In this document: piece by piece, positions 34,301 to 46,055 of the stretch | Layout: each line of letters begins with the position of its first letter | Numbering within the stretch: position 1 is the first letter of the stretch | From: Auanema rhodensis | Lineage: Eukaryota > Animalia > Nematoda | NCBI GenBank assembly: GCA_964057225.1 | Contig: OZ059897.1 | Coordinates: 11,284,001 to 11,348,000 of the forward strand | Direction: 5' to 3' | DNA length: 64,000 bases | Position numbers and translations under genes: made by a program | Notes under the pieces: model-generated | Seen by the model: only the letters and a program-made list of their open reading frames with translations | Database searches by the model: none | Told to the model about the DNA's origin: nothing

Positions 34301-36413
34301 CTGTATGAAAGTTTACATGAAGTTGGCAACCGCCACCACTGGCTGGAACCCTGTCATACAATGTATGACATTTGCCAGTTTCTCTTTATTCCAGGCAAGT
34401 TTTTTAAAATACAAGCATTTTCAAAACTAGTATATTACAGTTGAAAATGAATCATATTAAAGAGAACCAAGTGGGTATTCTGCCCGAGACTGGTTATTAT
34501 GCCGGTCAAAAGCAGAGTATAATAGCCATAAAGTATATAAAATGGCTAGAACAAGGATTGGGCCGCCCATTAATGCATAAGCTTAATGGTGGCGAATTTG
34601 CAGTGAGAGTAGATGGCCATCGCTATCTACTCGATGCTTATGACCCCGTAGGTGAGTAATTTGTAATAAATGTAAAAAATGCAAATTTTTGTAGATTAAT
34701 GGTTGCATTTACCATGGTTGCCCCCAGTGCACCAACAAGAGCGCTATAGCACCAGGCAGAAATGGTGAAACAATGGAAGAGGTAATTGTGACTTTTTTAA
34801 TCATTTTAATTTGAAAAATTTAGGTTTATGATAAAACCATGAAAAGGCTTCAAGCAATTCAAAGCCAAGGCATTAGTGTTACCACAGTGTGGGAGCACGA
34901 AATTAATGCTCAAATTTCGGCCAATGAAGAAATGGCGAAATTTATGCGTGAAACAAATGTTGTTACACGCTTGGCACCTAGAGATGCCTTTACCGGTGGC
35001 CGCACCCAGACATATAAGCTTTTGGCACAAGCTTCGGATAGATACTCGCTCGAGTATGTGGACTTTTGTTCACTATATCCATATGTCACAGCCTTTGATG
35101 CCTACTACCCTGTAGGTAATCCCAAAGTGATTACTGAGGGTTTCAAAAGCTTTGAGACATGTTGCCCATACAAGGGTCTAGTAAAATGTGACGTGCTTGC
35201 ACCCACAAATTTGCTGTACCCTGTATTAGGGACACGTATTGGCGGTAAACTAATTTTTACAAACTGCCGCACTTGTGCAGTCAAAAGTAAAAATGTAGCA
35301 TGTGAGCACCAAAATGATGTAAATGCTCGAAAGCTGCATCTAACCGTGACACATGTTGAGCTCGAGTGTGCCATACAACGTGGCTATAAAGTGCTTCATG
35401 TGCATGAGGTGTGGCACTGGGAAGAATGGCAACAAGGCGGCCTGTTTAAAGAGTTTGTACAAAAGTACATAAAAATTAAACAAGAGGCGTCGGGCTGGCC
35501 AAAGTCAAACATGACAGAGGAAGAAAAGGTATGTTTTAATAAAAGTATCACATTAAATAGAATTTTACAGGTGATTTATCTCCAAGAACACGAGGAGAAC
35601 ACTGGTGTTGCTCTGGAGAGCAATAAAAATGAAAAGAATGCTGCCATGCGTAGCATTGCCAAACTGCAGCTAAATAGGTTTGTAAACTTTTTAAAACAAT
35701 ACATTACAAATTTTCTTATAGTGTCTGGGGTAAAATGGGTCAAAGACCAGATAAAGCCCAAACCAAGATTATTGGTGTTGAGGACCCAGAAATTGGTAGG
35801 ATTATTACTGATCCTGCAAGGGAACTCACTGGGTTCAAAATTGTGGATAATGTTGCGTACTGCACAACAGTACCAGAGGATTCACATTTGGCACCACCGC
35901 CTTTTACAAATGTAGCTTTTGCGGCCTATACAACCGCTCATGCAAGGCTACTATTGTATAAGGCAATGGAGAAAATTGGAAAGAATTTGGTGTATACAGG
36001 TAATTTTATACTTGTATTCAATTTAAACTTACATTATTCAGACACGGATTCACTAATTTATCAAAGGTGCCTGGATGAGTCAGATCCAATTGAGGATATG
36101 AAGGGTGAATGGTTAGGTAAACTAACCTCTGAAATACCCGATGGTTGGTCAATGACCAAGTTTGTATCACCAGCGGCAAAAGTTTATAGTTATAAACTTG
36201 TAAATGCAGCTGGTGATGTAAAGTATGTAACAAAGGCAAAGGGAGTGGTAAGTACGAGCTTTGACTTTTCAAATAATTTTATAATTTTCAGAGGTTGGAC
36301 CACACGGCAGCATCAGTGGTAAACTTTGAAACTACTTTAGTACTAAAGTTGTAATGGATAAACTTTGTTATCTACAAGATTATAGTACTTTACCCTACGG
36401 TTATTGTGTTTAA
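31326..36413 (+). pseudogene. pPolB copy A2, 14 predicted exons, frameshifted
   Basis: As A1, plus the 17-bp deletion at ~34649 otherwise seen in B. Confidence 0.88.
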
Positions 36414-36550
36414 TATATTTGAATTTATGAATTTTTATCTTGTATATATTTGTATTTATAAAATTTTATCATTGTACATGTATTTATTTTTAAAAATAGT
36501 TGTATTAATAAATTTTATTCTTAAAGCTTTTAAAGAATTTATTACATACA

Positions 36551-37876
36551 TTACAAACTGGTATCAATATATGGAGCACGATTGTTGTCAATTGAAAGAA
36601 TAGAGTCATACTCTGCATAAACAATTGCATATAAGCCCTCTTGCGGCGTTTGTTGACCAAATTCCAATTTCAAGGCTACATTACCTTGTCGTATAACATC
36701 AAATAACTCTGACGAATGCACAGTAGGAGAAATATCAAATACAAAAAATGTGAAACCAGCTTTATACATTGCTGGTGTAATACCATTGGATGAATCTGTA
36801 CGACCAAGTCCCAAACCTTCCAGCATGTCAATATATGCTGTGGCATAGGAAGATCGCCATTCTAAATTATAAGGACGGGTAGGTATTACCCTATTGTTGA
36901 GCGTCAAGTATATATTTTTCAAATCAAACGGTTTAAAGTTGAATGGCGAATGTTTAAAAGTACCATTATAAGCGTGTGCGCCAACAAGACCTACTACGAC
37001 ACGTTTAGGTGTATGAGACGTGAATAATATATTATTAGGTGAATCCAAGCGGCCTCCTTCTATGAAATAAGAGCGCATTTTCATGGGGTAGTGTATTCGA
37101 TCCTTTGCGAGTTTATCTTCTATAGCCATAGCTAATCCAGCGTTTAGATCAAACTCTTGAATGAGCAAATGTACATCGCTGATATCTACTTTCAAATTTG
37201 GAAACTCCTCTTTTAATGTAGTATCCTTGTTTTCATTATTCCAGCCTAGAGTGTCAATTAAAAAGTTATTACGGTTTGGATATGCAGTTAGCTCCATTTT
37301 TGAATAGTTTACAAACAGTCGCTCTTGATTAAATAGGTCGATACTGACGGGAGCAGCCATCTCACACAATATGCCATTTTTTACAAGCGCTTGACGCGTT
37401 CTAATTCCAGCACTGGATGCATTATCTATATATCTATCAGCATAATAGCCTGAAATGGCAAGTTTGCTCTCTTTAACATCGTTGCTATACATTAAAATAT
37501 TCTCGATATATGTTTTATAGGCATGATTCACGGTAGAGTCATACACGCTAACATCACCAATTTTCAAATGATACGAATGTATTAAACTGGCAGCAAATTG
37601 TTGACATGGTGCAAAAACAAGGTTATCTGGTACTGGATCACCGTTTGTGGTTACAATTTTAAATTTTACATTCAACCAACATCTTCTCAGATTGAGGAAT
37701 GATTTGGAATTTTGAGCTATAACAAATTCCCATGGTCCTTGAGGAAGAAACGTATTTTTCAAAGGGACTTGTACAGTACGAGTGGATTCAACACCTAATG
37801 CCGACGCAGGTATATCACCATAGTTGATATTAGGTAAAAGGGCTTGTGCTGATTTTGAATCTATCAATTTAGCCAT
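36551..37876 (-). CDS. Major capsid protein
   Basis: Same protein as A1. Confidence 0.88.
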   Translation of the reverse strand: MAKLIDSKSAQALLPNINYGDIPASALGVESTRTVQVPLKNTFLPQGPWEFVIAQNSKSFLNLRRCWLNVKFKIVTTNGDPVPDNLVFAPCQQFAASLIHSYHLKIGDVSVYDSTVNHAYKTYIENILMYSNDVKESKLAISGYYADRYIDNASSAGIRTRQALVKNGILCEMAAPVSIDLFNQERLFVNYSKMELTAYPNRNNFLIDTLGWNNENKDTTLKEEFPNLKVDISDVHLLIQEFDLNAGLAMAIEDKLAKDRIHYPMKMRSYFIEGGRLDSPNNILFTSHTPKRVVVGLVGAHAYNGTFKHSPFNFKPFDLKNIYLTLNNRVIPTRPYNLEWRSSYATAYIDMLEGLGLGRTDSSNGITPAMYKAGFTFFVFDISPTVHSSELFDVIRQGNVALKLEFGQQTPQEGLYAIVYAEYDSILSIDNNRAPYIDTSL

Positions 37877-38329
37877 TTTAATGTGAAACGACCGCTCACG
37901 AGTGATGCACAACCGCTTATGAGGTTTTGTGGTTTTGCGTCGTCGCCGTTTGCCCAAGCCGGTAAGATCTCGTATAGCTTGTCGGCCGGCTGTTTTAAGA
38001 GTTTCCTTCATATTATCGCCTTTCAGCACCCCATCGACAATTTCATTACCAGTTTTCAGCAACTGGCCGCCAAGAGGTGAATTTACAACTGGACTATTGC
38101 TTACAGCACTGGATAAGGCGTTTCTTCCGGCATTGATGAGATTTTGGGCTATAGGTGATTGAATGATGCGTGGTAGAAATGATGCCAAAGTTGCCAAAAT
38201 ACCACCCAAACCATGACCCCTCTGCATTCCACGTTGAAACATCATTCCGCTAAATGGGGCGCCACCCATTTGTTGATTTAAAAGTGTTGTCCATTGAATA
38301 GAGTTGACATCCAAAAGGAGGTGCGGCAT
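37877..38329 (-). CDS. Putative core protein (in frame with MCP)
   Basis: Same protein as A1. Confidence 0.65.
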
Positions 38330-38380
38330 ATCGAACCGCACGCGCGCAATACAAAAGTTACACTAGATCATTCTACTAAA

Positions 38381-38836
38381 ATGTATTCGTCTGAAATAGT
38401 ATCACTATTGCAATCTGTCCCCAGCACTCGGAAACTATTCCTCGGTGTATATAGCGCTGATACTCTACCCAAAACGCGTCGTAAAAACTTTGCACTTGTC
38501 GTAAATACTGACACACATGATAAGCCAGGCACACATTGGCAGGTCATCTTTGTCCGTAACAAGCAAGCCTATTTTTTCTGTAGCTTGGGATATAAAATGA
38601 ACAAGTACATTCAAAATTATCTGGCCAAATATAAAAAGGTAAAAATTAATACTTGCAAACCACAACGCATAATTGAATACACTTGTGGTGGCTATGTGGT
38701 ATTTGTAATACTAATGTTGTCGGCTGGTAATTCATTTGAAAGCATTTGTTCATTTTTTAAACTATTGAAAAATGATGATGTCTTTATTAAAGCGTTTATG
38801 CATAAAGTATTCGACTATAAATTGGCTACTATATAA
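38381..38836 (+). CDS. Adenain-like protease
   Basis: Same protein as A1. Confidence 0.9.
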   Translation: MYSSEIVSLLQSVPSTRKLFLGVYSADTLPKTRRKNFALVVNTDTHDKPGTHWQVIFVRNKQAYFFCSLGYKMNKYIQNYLAKYKKVKINTCKPQRIIEYTCGGYVVFVILMLSAGNSFESICSFFKLLKNDDVFIKAFMHKVFDYKLATI

Positions 38837-38877
38837 GAAATTTGTCATTAATAACCTGCTACATTACGTGGTCAGTT

Positions 38878-39048
38878 ATGAATATTCCTTGTCACTGTGA
38901 ATTATGTGTCAAATACACGTTGGAGCAATCTAAACCAGCGCCTTTATACAGGAGAATGTTGAAATGTATTTCAGTGCCATTTATTAAAGGTATAGCATTG
39001 GGATTGGGCTTTTGTACAACACTAGTCATATTGTTGCTCATTATATAA
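38878..39048 (+). CDS. Small Cys-rich membrane protein
   Basis: Copy of 39-209. Confidence 0.5.
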   Translation: MNIPCHCELCVKYTLEQSKPAPLYRRMLKCISVPFIKGIALGLGFCTTLVILLLII

Positions 39049-39089
39049 AAGTGGGTTGATTGCGTGTGGTCGTTTTTCATTTTCCTCTA

Positions 39090-39548
39090 ATGGAACTTTT
39101 ATGTAACAAATATTGTGGTACATGCAAGGAAATATTTTCTTCAACCAAGCATTTTAGTGATCACGTTTTGAAAAGGCATGCAGGGATTCAACCCATATGT
39201 AACAATTATATCAGCAATGCTGACTTTATTCAAAAATATGGACATTTGGATGGTGTTCGTAGACGTTTGTGCCCTCATTGTAGTGAAACTTTTGGAACAA
39301 GATTCAATTGTGAGCGTCATATTCGGCGTATTCATAATAATAATGGAACGAATGGTGAAGATGGTGATGGAAATGATATCAGCAAACCCTTTGAAAAAGC
39401 TGAGGAGTTTGTACATTCAACCCAATCAAAAAGATGCCGCAGCAATAGTGACGGAGAACATTCACAACACGAGCCGAGCGACAAACAAAACTGCCCTAAA
39501 CTATCTTTTAAACCTTCGAAAATAGGACCCATTTCTCGTCACAAGTAA
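39090..39548 (+). CDS. Two-finger C2H2 zinc-finger protein (last residues replaced by mariner sequence)
   Basis: CGTC...HVLKRH and CPHC...HIRRIH. Confidence 0.75.
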   Translation: MELLCNKYCGTCKEIFSSTKHFSDHVLKRHAGIQPICNNYISNADFIQKYGHLDGVRRRLCPHCSETFGTRFNCERHIRRIHNNNGTNGEDGDGNDISKPFEKAEEFVHSTQSKRCRSNSDGEHSQHEPSDKQNCPKLSFKPSKIGPISRHK

Positions 39549-40551
39549 TGATATTGTCGAGAAATGGATCATTCATGTTTCTCAGCCTGAATCCTAAGCA
39601 TGCCATGTATCGAACATTCTTCTGCGCTTCCGAAAGTTCATGGGGCACCCATTTATCCAATTTTTTCACTTTTCCGAGTTTTTTCAAATGAGTTAATACA
39701 GTTGTATGATAAGGTTTCTTGAGCTGATACTCGTATCCTTTTCCAAAAATTCATCTAATGCTGAATCATCCAACGTCGTAGTTCTTCCTTTTTTGGCTTG
39801 ATCTTCTATGTTCTCGTCACCGTTACGGAATTTCTTGAACTAAAATTGAACAGTCCTTAAGTTGGTTGTTCCGATTCCAAAAGCACTGTTGATGTTGTTG
39901 GTTGCTTCAGAAGTTGTGTGCCCTAACTTAACTTCGTACAAAAAAAAAGGGTTCTCAATTGGGATTTTTGCATCATTGATCTATAATCTTTAAATTAGTA
40001 ATTATATTGTCATTTCATGAAAATAAGTGAAAAACTATCTGCTTTATCATATAAAACTTATATATTTATTATTTTTGTATTTAGCGCCCAGATAATTCAA
40101 ATTGTTCAGATGAGTTTGAAAAATGCGCAAGAACATTCTTTCCAACCTAATATATATATACAGTAGCGAACAAAAAGATATAGCCTTTTTGAAATTTGTG
40201 TTTTTTCTATTCTATTTTTTTATAACTAACTTGAAAAAACTAGATAATGTATTTTTTTCATGAGAAATGAATTTATAAAAGTTATTATCACTTTCAGAAT
40301 TTCGAAAACCTTTTTTTTTTGTTTTTTAATCTTCTATTCACCATAAGACCTTTAACTCAATGTAACATCCATATCAACACTAACAAGAATTATTAAAAAA
40401 AAATTTCCAAAACTAAATTACATAATTATACTTCATAAAACAATAATATACTCCTAATACTTTGTAGCATACCCGTTTGCTTTGATCACAGCCCGACAGC
40501 GTTGAGGCATTGCCTCCAGCAAAGCATCGATTCGATGCTGTGGGATACTTC

Positions 40552-40842
40552 TGTAATACTTTATAATTCTGTACTTTATTCTTTCTATAATTTTTATGTA
40601 TTTCTTCATTCTGTATTTTATATTTTATAGTTTTAGTTTCTTGTCTTAGTGTATTATGTTATCAGTTATATTTTGCAACCTTAGCATTTTTCGAGATAGT
40701 TACAATTGTCATTGAAAACTTATAACCTTTCGTGGAAAATGCTGATAACATTCGCTATATAAGCTTGCCATTCAACTGAATCTTCAGTTGGCGGACTTAT
40801 CTTTATCTTTATTTGTTTATTGTTTAAATGTTTTTTATTTAT
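40552..40842 (+). repeat. Partial LTR of the 10425 family, inserted in a Tc1 transposase (inverted partial copy 40843-41021)
   Basis: TGTAATACTTTATAATTC...; a few percent diverged from 10425-10825. Confidence 0.88.
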
Positions 40843-41021
40843 AAAGGTTATAAGTTTTCAATGACAATTGTAACTATCTCGAAAAATGCTAAGGTTGCAA
40901 AATATAACTGATAACATAATACACTAAGACAAGAAACTAAAACTATAAAATATAAAATACAGAATGAAGAAATACATAAAAATTATAGAAAGAATAAAGT
41001 ACAGAATTATAAAGTATTACA

Positions 41022-41412
41022 GAAGTATCCCACAGCATCGAATCGATGCTTTGCTGGAGGCAATGCCTCAACGCTGTCGGGCTGTGATCAAAGCAAACGG
41101 GTATGCTACAAAGTATTAGGAGTATATTATTGTTTTATGAAGTATAATTATGTAATTTAGTTTTGGAAATTTTTTTTTAATAATTCTTGTTAGTGTTGAT
41201 ATGGATGTTACATTGAGTTAAAGGTCTTATGGTGAATAGAAGATTAAAAAACAAAAAAAAAAGGTTTTCGAAATTCTGAAAGTGATAATAACTTTTATAA
41301 ATTCATTTCTCATGAAAAAAATACATTATCTAGTTTTTTCAAGTTAGTTATAAAAAAATAGAATAGAAAAAACACAAATTTCAAAAAGGCTATATCTTTT
41401 TGTTCGCTACTG
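41022..41412 (+). mobile_element. Tc1-like transposon 3' end (mirror copy 40161-40551)
   Basis: ...IDALLEAMPQRCRAVIKANGYATKY*; TIR ending ...GCTACTG followed by TA. Confidence 0.85.
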
Positions 41413-41422
41413 TATATATATA

Positions 41423-42673
41423 TTAGGTTGGAAAGAATGTTCTTGCGCATTTTTCAAACTCATCTGAACAATTTGAATTATCTGGGCGCTAAATACAAAA
41501 ATAATAAATATATAAGTTTTATATGATAAAGCAGATAGTTTTTCACTTATTTTCATGAAATGACAATATAATTACTAATTTAAAGATTATAGATCAATGA
41601 TGCAAAAATCCCAATTGAGAACCCTTTTTTTTTGTACGAAGTTAAGTTAGGGCACACAACTTCTGAAGCAACCAACAACATCAACAGTGCTTTTGGAATC
41701 GGAACAACCAACTTAAGGACTGTTCAATTTTAGTTCAAGAAATTCCGTAACGGTGACGAGAACATAGAAGATCAAGCCAAAAAAGGAAGAACTACGACGT
41801 TGGATGATTCAGCATTAGATGAATTTTTGGAAAAGGATACGAGTATCAGCTCAAGAAACCTTATCATACAACTGTATTAACTCATTTGAAAAAACTCGGA
41901 AAAGTGAAAAAATTGGATAAATGGGTGCCCCATGAACTTTCGGAAGCGCAGAAGAATGTTCGATACATGGCATGCTTAGGATTCAGGCTGAGAAACATGA
42001 ATGATCCATTTCTCGACAATATCATTACTTGTGACGAGAAATGGGTCCTTTACAACAATAAGAAAAGATCAGCTCACTGGATGGACAAAAATGAAACTCC
42101 TAAACACTTTCCCAAACTAGCTTTGACATATTCGAAAGTTATGTTAACTGTTTGGTGGTGTTCAACAGAAATCATTCATTATAAGTTTCTACAGCCTAAT
42201 GATACAATCAATACGGAATCGTACTGCCAAGAAATTGATGAAATGCACTAAAAATTATTGAGTTTGAAGCCAGGACTGATCAATAGGAGACGGGCCATCA
42301 TACTACAGGATAATGCAAGACCCCATGTCTCAAGACCGACGATGAAAAAATTTTTTGATTTAGGTTATGAATGTTCACCCCACCCTCCTTATTCACCCGA
42401 TTTGTCCCCTACCGATGTCCATTTATTTAAACATTTATCAAGTTATATTGAAGGTATGGTATTTAAAAATGTTGATGAGGTCAAAAAAATGTTTTGTGAC
42501 TTCATAAACACTAAAAAACCTGACTTTTATAAAAAAGGTATTTATTCTTTGCTCAATCGTTGGGAACAATGTATTGAAGCTAACGGTGAATACTTTTAAC
42601 TAATTTGTAATTGTAATTTGAAAAAAAATAAATTTGAATTTTTTTTGTTATATGCGCAAGAACATTCTTTCCA
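41423..42673 (+). mobile_element. mariner DD34D element, pseudogenised transposase
   Basis: TIR TTAGGTTGGAAAGAATGTTCTTGCGCA; WVPHEL, TCDEKW, QDNARPH, YSPDLSPTD (34-aa spacing); stops and frameshifts; right TIR clipped. Confidence 0.92.
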
Positions 42674-42709
42674 CAACTACAGATCTTTTGATTGAAAAAA
42701 AAAGAAGTT

Positions 42710-43750
42710 ATGAAGCCTTCAATGCACCGTGCCAGTATCGTCCATCTTTTTGAACAAGGGCTCAAACCTATGGAGATTGTCAGAACTCTTTGTATACCAC
42801 GAAGCTTTGTTTATAGAGTTATCAAGGTATACAAAGATCAAGGAAACGTCGAACCAAGAAAAATACCCGGAAGACCCAGAAGTGTGAACACAGCACGAAC
42901 CCGGAATGCCATCCGAAGCAGAATAGCTCGAAATGATGGTGTAAGCTTAAACAAAGTTGCTTTTCAGATGAAAATATCCCGTTCAACAGTTCAGAAGATT
43001 GTAAAAAAAGAACTAGGCTTTCATTCTTACCTTATACTGAAAGGACACAGGCTCACGGAACAGATGAAAAAAAATCGGTATGAAAAAGCCGAAATTTTAC
43101 TTCAGAATCTCGAAGGGGCTCGCATCAACAACGTTTTGTGGACTGATGAAAAAATTTTTACTGTGGAACCCAAACTCAATCAACAAAATAGCCGTCAACT
43201 GCTCCACACTGGAGAACAGTACTCTGTCAAGAGAAGGATAGCAGAAAGAAGCCACTTCCCACAAAGCATAATGGTGTGGGGAGGAATAACAGCGACAGGG
43301 AAAACTCCACTTGTTTTTGTTGAAAAAGGTTGTAAAATTAATGCAAAATATTATCAGGAAAAAATTCTGAAAGAAGTAGTGTTACCGTGGACCCAACGAC
43401 AACATACTAACGGCAGTATAACACTCCAACAGGATTGGGCTCCAGCTCATGGTGCAAAAAGCACAATTGAGCTGTGCTCAAGGATTTTACCAGGATTCTG
43501 GGGAAAGGATATCTGGCCCAGCAACTCACCAGATCTCAAACCAATGGACATTTCTGTATGGAGTGTTTTAGAACAGAAACTCTCGGCTAAGTCTTCTCAA
43601 AATTTGACGACACTAAAACGTGATTTAAAAAAAGCATGGGACTCTTTGGACGAGGAATATCTGCGTGCCACGGTACTATCAGTACGCACAAGACTTGAAG
43701 CCTGTAGGAAAGCAAGAGGAGATCATATCGAACAATTTCTTCACAAATAG
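42710..43750 (+). CDS. maT-family DD37D transposase (open ORF)
   Basis: GRPR, WTDEK, QQDWAPAH-37aa-PMD; right TIR ...GGCCACCCTG then TA at 43857; left TIR absent. Confidence 0.9.
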   Translation: MKPSMHRASIVHLFEQGLKPMEIVRTLCIPRSFVYRVIKVYKDQGNVEPRKIPGRPRSVNTARTRNAIRSRIARNDGVSLNKVAFQMKISRSTVQKIVKKELGFHSYLILKGHRLTEQMKKNRYEKAEILLQNLEGARINNVLWTDEKIFTVEPKLNQQNSRQLLHTGEQYSVKRRIAERSHFPQSIMVWGGITATGKTPLVFVEKGCKINAKYYQEKILKEVVLPWTQRQHTNGSITLQQDWAPAHGAKSTIELCSRILPGFWGKDIWPSNSPDLKPMDISVWSVLEQKLSAKSSQNLTTLKRDLKKAWDSLDEEYLRATVLSVRTRLEACRKARGDHIEQFLHK

Positions 43751-43863
43751 TTAGATAAATGAAAAATATATAGAACTAGTAAATTATTTTGGATTTGGTT
43801 GTTTTTTGTATTAATTATAACATTTTGAAAGTGTCTCAATACTTAAAGGCCACCCTGTATATA

Positions 43864-44538
43864 CAGTCATGTGCAATGAAAGTCGGACACCCCTATGTTA
43901 GAGGCCTCAGAAAACCCCTTCAAACTACAAAAAAAAAATTTTTTTAATTTCAAAAATTTTGTGAGTTCATATAGTTTATATTCAGTCAAAATATATGTTA
44001 ATATAACTAAAACTGATTTTAATATTATTTTCTAAATTATTAAGGAAAAATAGTGTTTTTTGACTATTTTGAATAATTCATCTTAATATAACAAAATTTA
44101 AGATTAGGAAGAAGTTAATTCATTAGAAGTATTTTTAAATGATTCTGAGCACAGAGCTCGATCAATAACTAAGTTTTTTCTATGGCATAGACAAGTAAGC
44201 TTCAGCATCTGAATCTTACTGAATATCTATGAAGAGAACTTTGTGAACGTATAACAAAAGTCTCCCGTTCAAAAGAAAAATAGACGTTTAGCGTACTTCT
44301 AACATTCTATCAAAAAATTATTTCTGAAATCTTGATGAAACTTCTGAAATTCAATAGAGAAGACTTCAAGCAGTTTATGAAAATTTCGGAGACTTCAGAA
44401 ATTACTTTTAAACATGATTTTTTCTGAATTCATTATCGTTTTTTAACACTCAAAATATCTTTTTTCTGAATTTTTGTAGTTTGTCTTCTCAGATATAAGG
44501 GTTTCTAGTGGGTGTCCGACTTTCATCGCACATGACTG
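43864..44538. mobile_element. Non-autonomous Tc1-type element / MITE (675 bp)
   Basis: TIRs CAGTCATGTGC(A/G)ATGAAAGTCGGACACCC flanked by TA; no ORF. Confidence 0.88.
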
Positions 44539-44581
44539 TATATATAATATATATATATATATCTTTCTTTCAACTAATTTT

Positions 44582-44637
44582 GTATAGTGAGATGAAATGT
44601 AAATATTATAAGATAAATGCTGTTCAAAAGAATGAAA
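44582..44637 (+). mobile_element. Older Maverick remnant D, left piece
   Basis: Matches polB intron-4 sequence (cf. 58111-58165); continues at 60684. Confidence 0.7.
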
Positions 44638-45214
44638 TATTATGTACCGGAAAAAGTAATCGATGTTTTTGAACCTTTGCATTAAACTACAAAATTAAAA
44701 AAAAAAGTTTATTCTACAAAATAGTCACCATTACACTTTATTGTTTTTTCCCAACGTTCTACAAGATTATTCATTCCACGTGAAAAAAAGTCTAGGGTTT
44801 TAAAGGCCAAAAATGTGTTGAGTTCATTTTTTGAGCTCGATTTCATTTGAAAAAGTTTTGTTACATAAAAAGTTAGAAAGAGAAAGAAACAAGTGATAGT
44901 CAGTGGGTGAAAGATCTGGGCTGTAAGGTGGGTGTGGTAAAAGACTCGATCCAACGCTTTTTATCTTGTTCCAAGTCTCAATTGCAATGTGAGGCCTTGC
45001 GTTGTCCTGAAGCAGTAGAACTCCTTTCCTGTTGACTAAAGCAGGGCAAAGTTTGATGAGTTTCTCATGAACTATGTCTATTTGAGCACAATATGCTGTT
45101 CTATCGATAGTTCTCCCTTTTCGCAAATAATCTACGTGAACAATTCCGTGTGTAGTCCACCATACAGTAATCAAAATTTTTTTTGCTGTTAGTGCCTTCT
45201 TAGCTATGGTTCCT

Positions 45215-46055
45215 AGTAGAGAGCCGTGCAAAATTTACTAACCACGCCCCCAAACAGCTGTCAAAAACATACTTTTGGGGGCGTCAACTGCTAAAAACAT
45301 ACTTTTGGGGCGCGTCAGCTGTCAAAAACATATTTTTGAGCGTCAGCTGTTAAAATCATATTTTGGGATCATGGTTCATGGATTCTCCTTTTTTAAATTT
45401 AAAAATCATGATTTAAAGCATGATTTTTTTTTTTAATTTTAAATTTGTTTTTTTCAAATGTATGTATATGTTTTTAATTATTTTTAAATATATTAAGTAA
45501 AAATAAAAATAATAAATTTTAAATATTTAAATTTTAAATATATAAATTTGTTTTTAAATTTTATTTATTTATTATATTTATTAATAATGTTTGTTTACTT
45601 ATTTTGATTATTTTTTATTGTATTGTGTTTGTACTATTTTATTTGTATTTTAAAGAACAATAAAATTTTTGCATGTATATCGTTTTGTTCACCGTACTTG
45701 TTATGGGTAATTCAATGGAACACATATCGAAAGTTAATTCGATAAGAACGATATAAAATACCAAAATTTAATGGAACACATATCGAAGGTTAATTCGATA
45801 AGAACGATATGAAATACCAAAATTTAATGGAACACATATCGAAGGTTAATTCGATAAGAACGACATTAAATTATTAATTTTTGAAATTGTGAATTGTTAT
45901 TAATTATATTTATTCTAACAAGTAAAGGTTTCAAATTATAATAAAGGATTAGTTTTAAACTTTATTTTACTAATATAACAATACAATAACTAACTAGAGC
46001 ACACATTGAAGGTAAATACAATAAGATTAACAAACAGTTGCGCTGACTTCAACGC
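45215..46055 (+). repeat. Left TIR of copy C; inner boundary approximate
   Basis: Reverse complement of 58712-59424 and of the A right ends. Confidence 0.88.

Larger units (their letters stand above)
30144..39524 (-). mobile_element. Maverick copy A2 (inverted), truncated in the C2H2 gene
   Basis: Starts AGTAGAGAGCCG at 30144; reverse complement of 1-8959 plus ~440 bp. Confidence 0.93.
39524..42049. repeat. Fold-back inverted repeat: arms 39524-40730 and 40843-42049, 112-bp spacer
   Basis: Arms read as exact reverse complements by eye. Confidence 0.9.
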
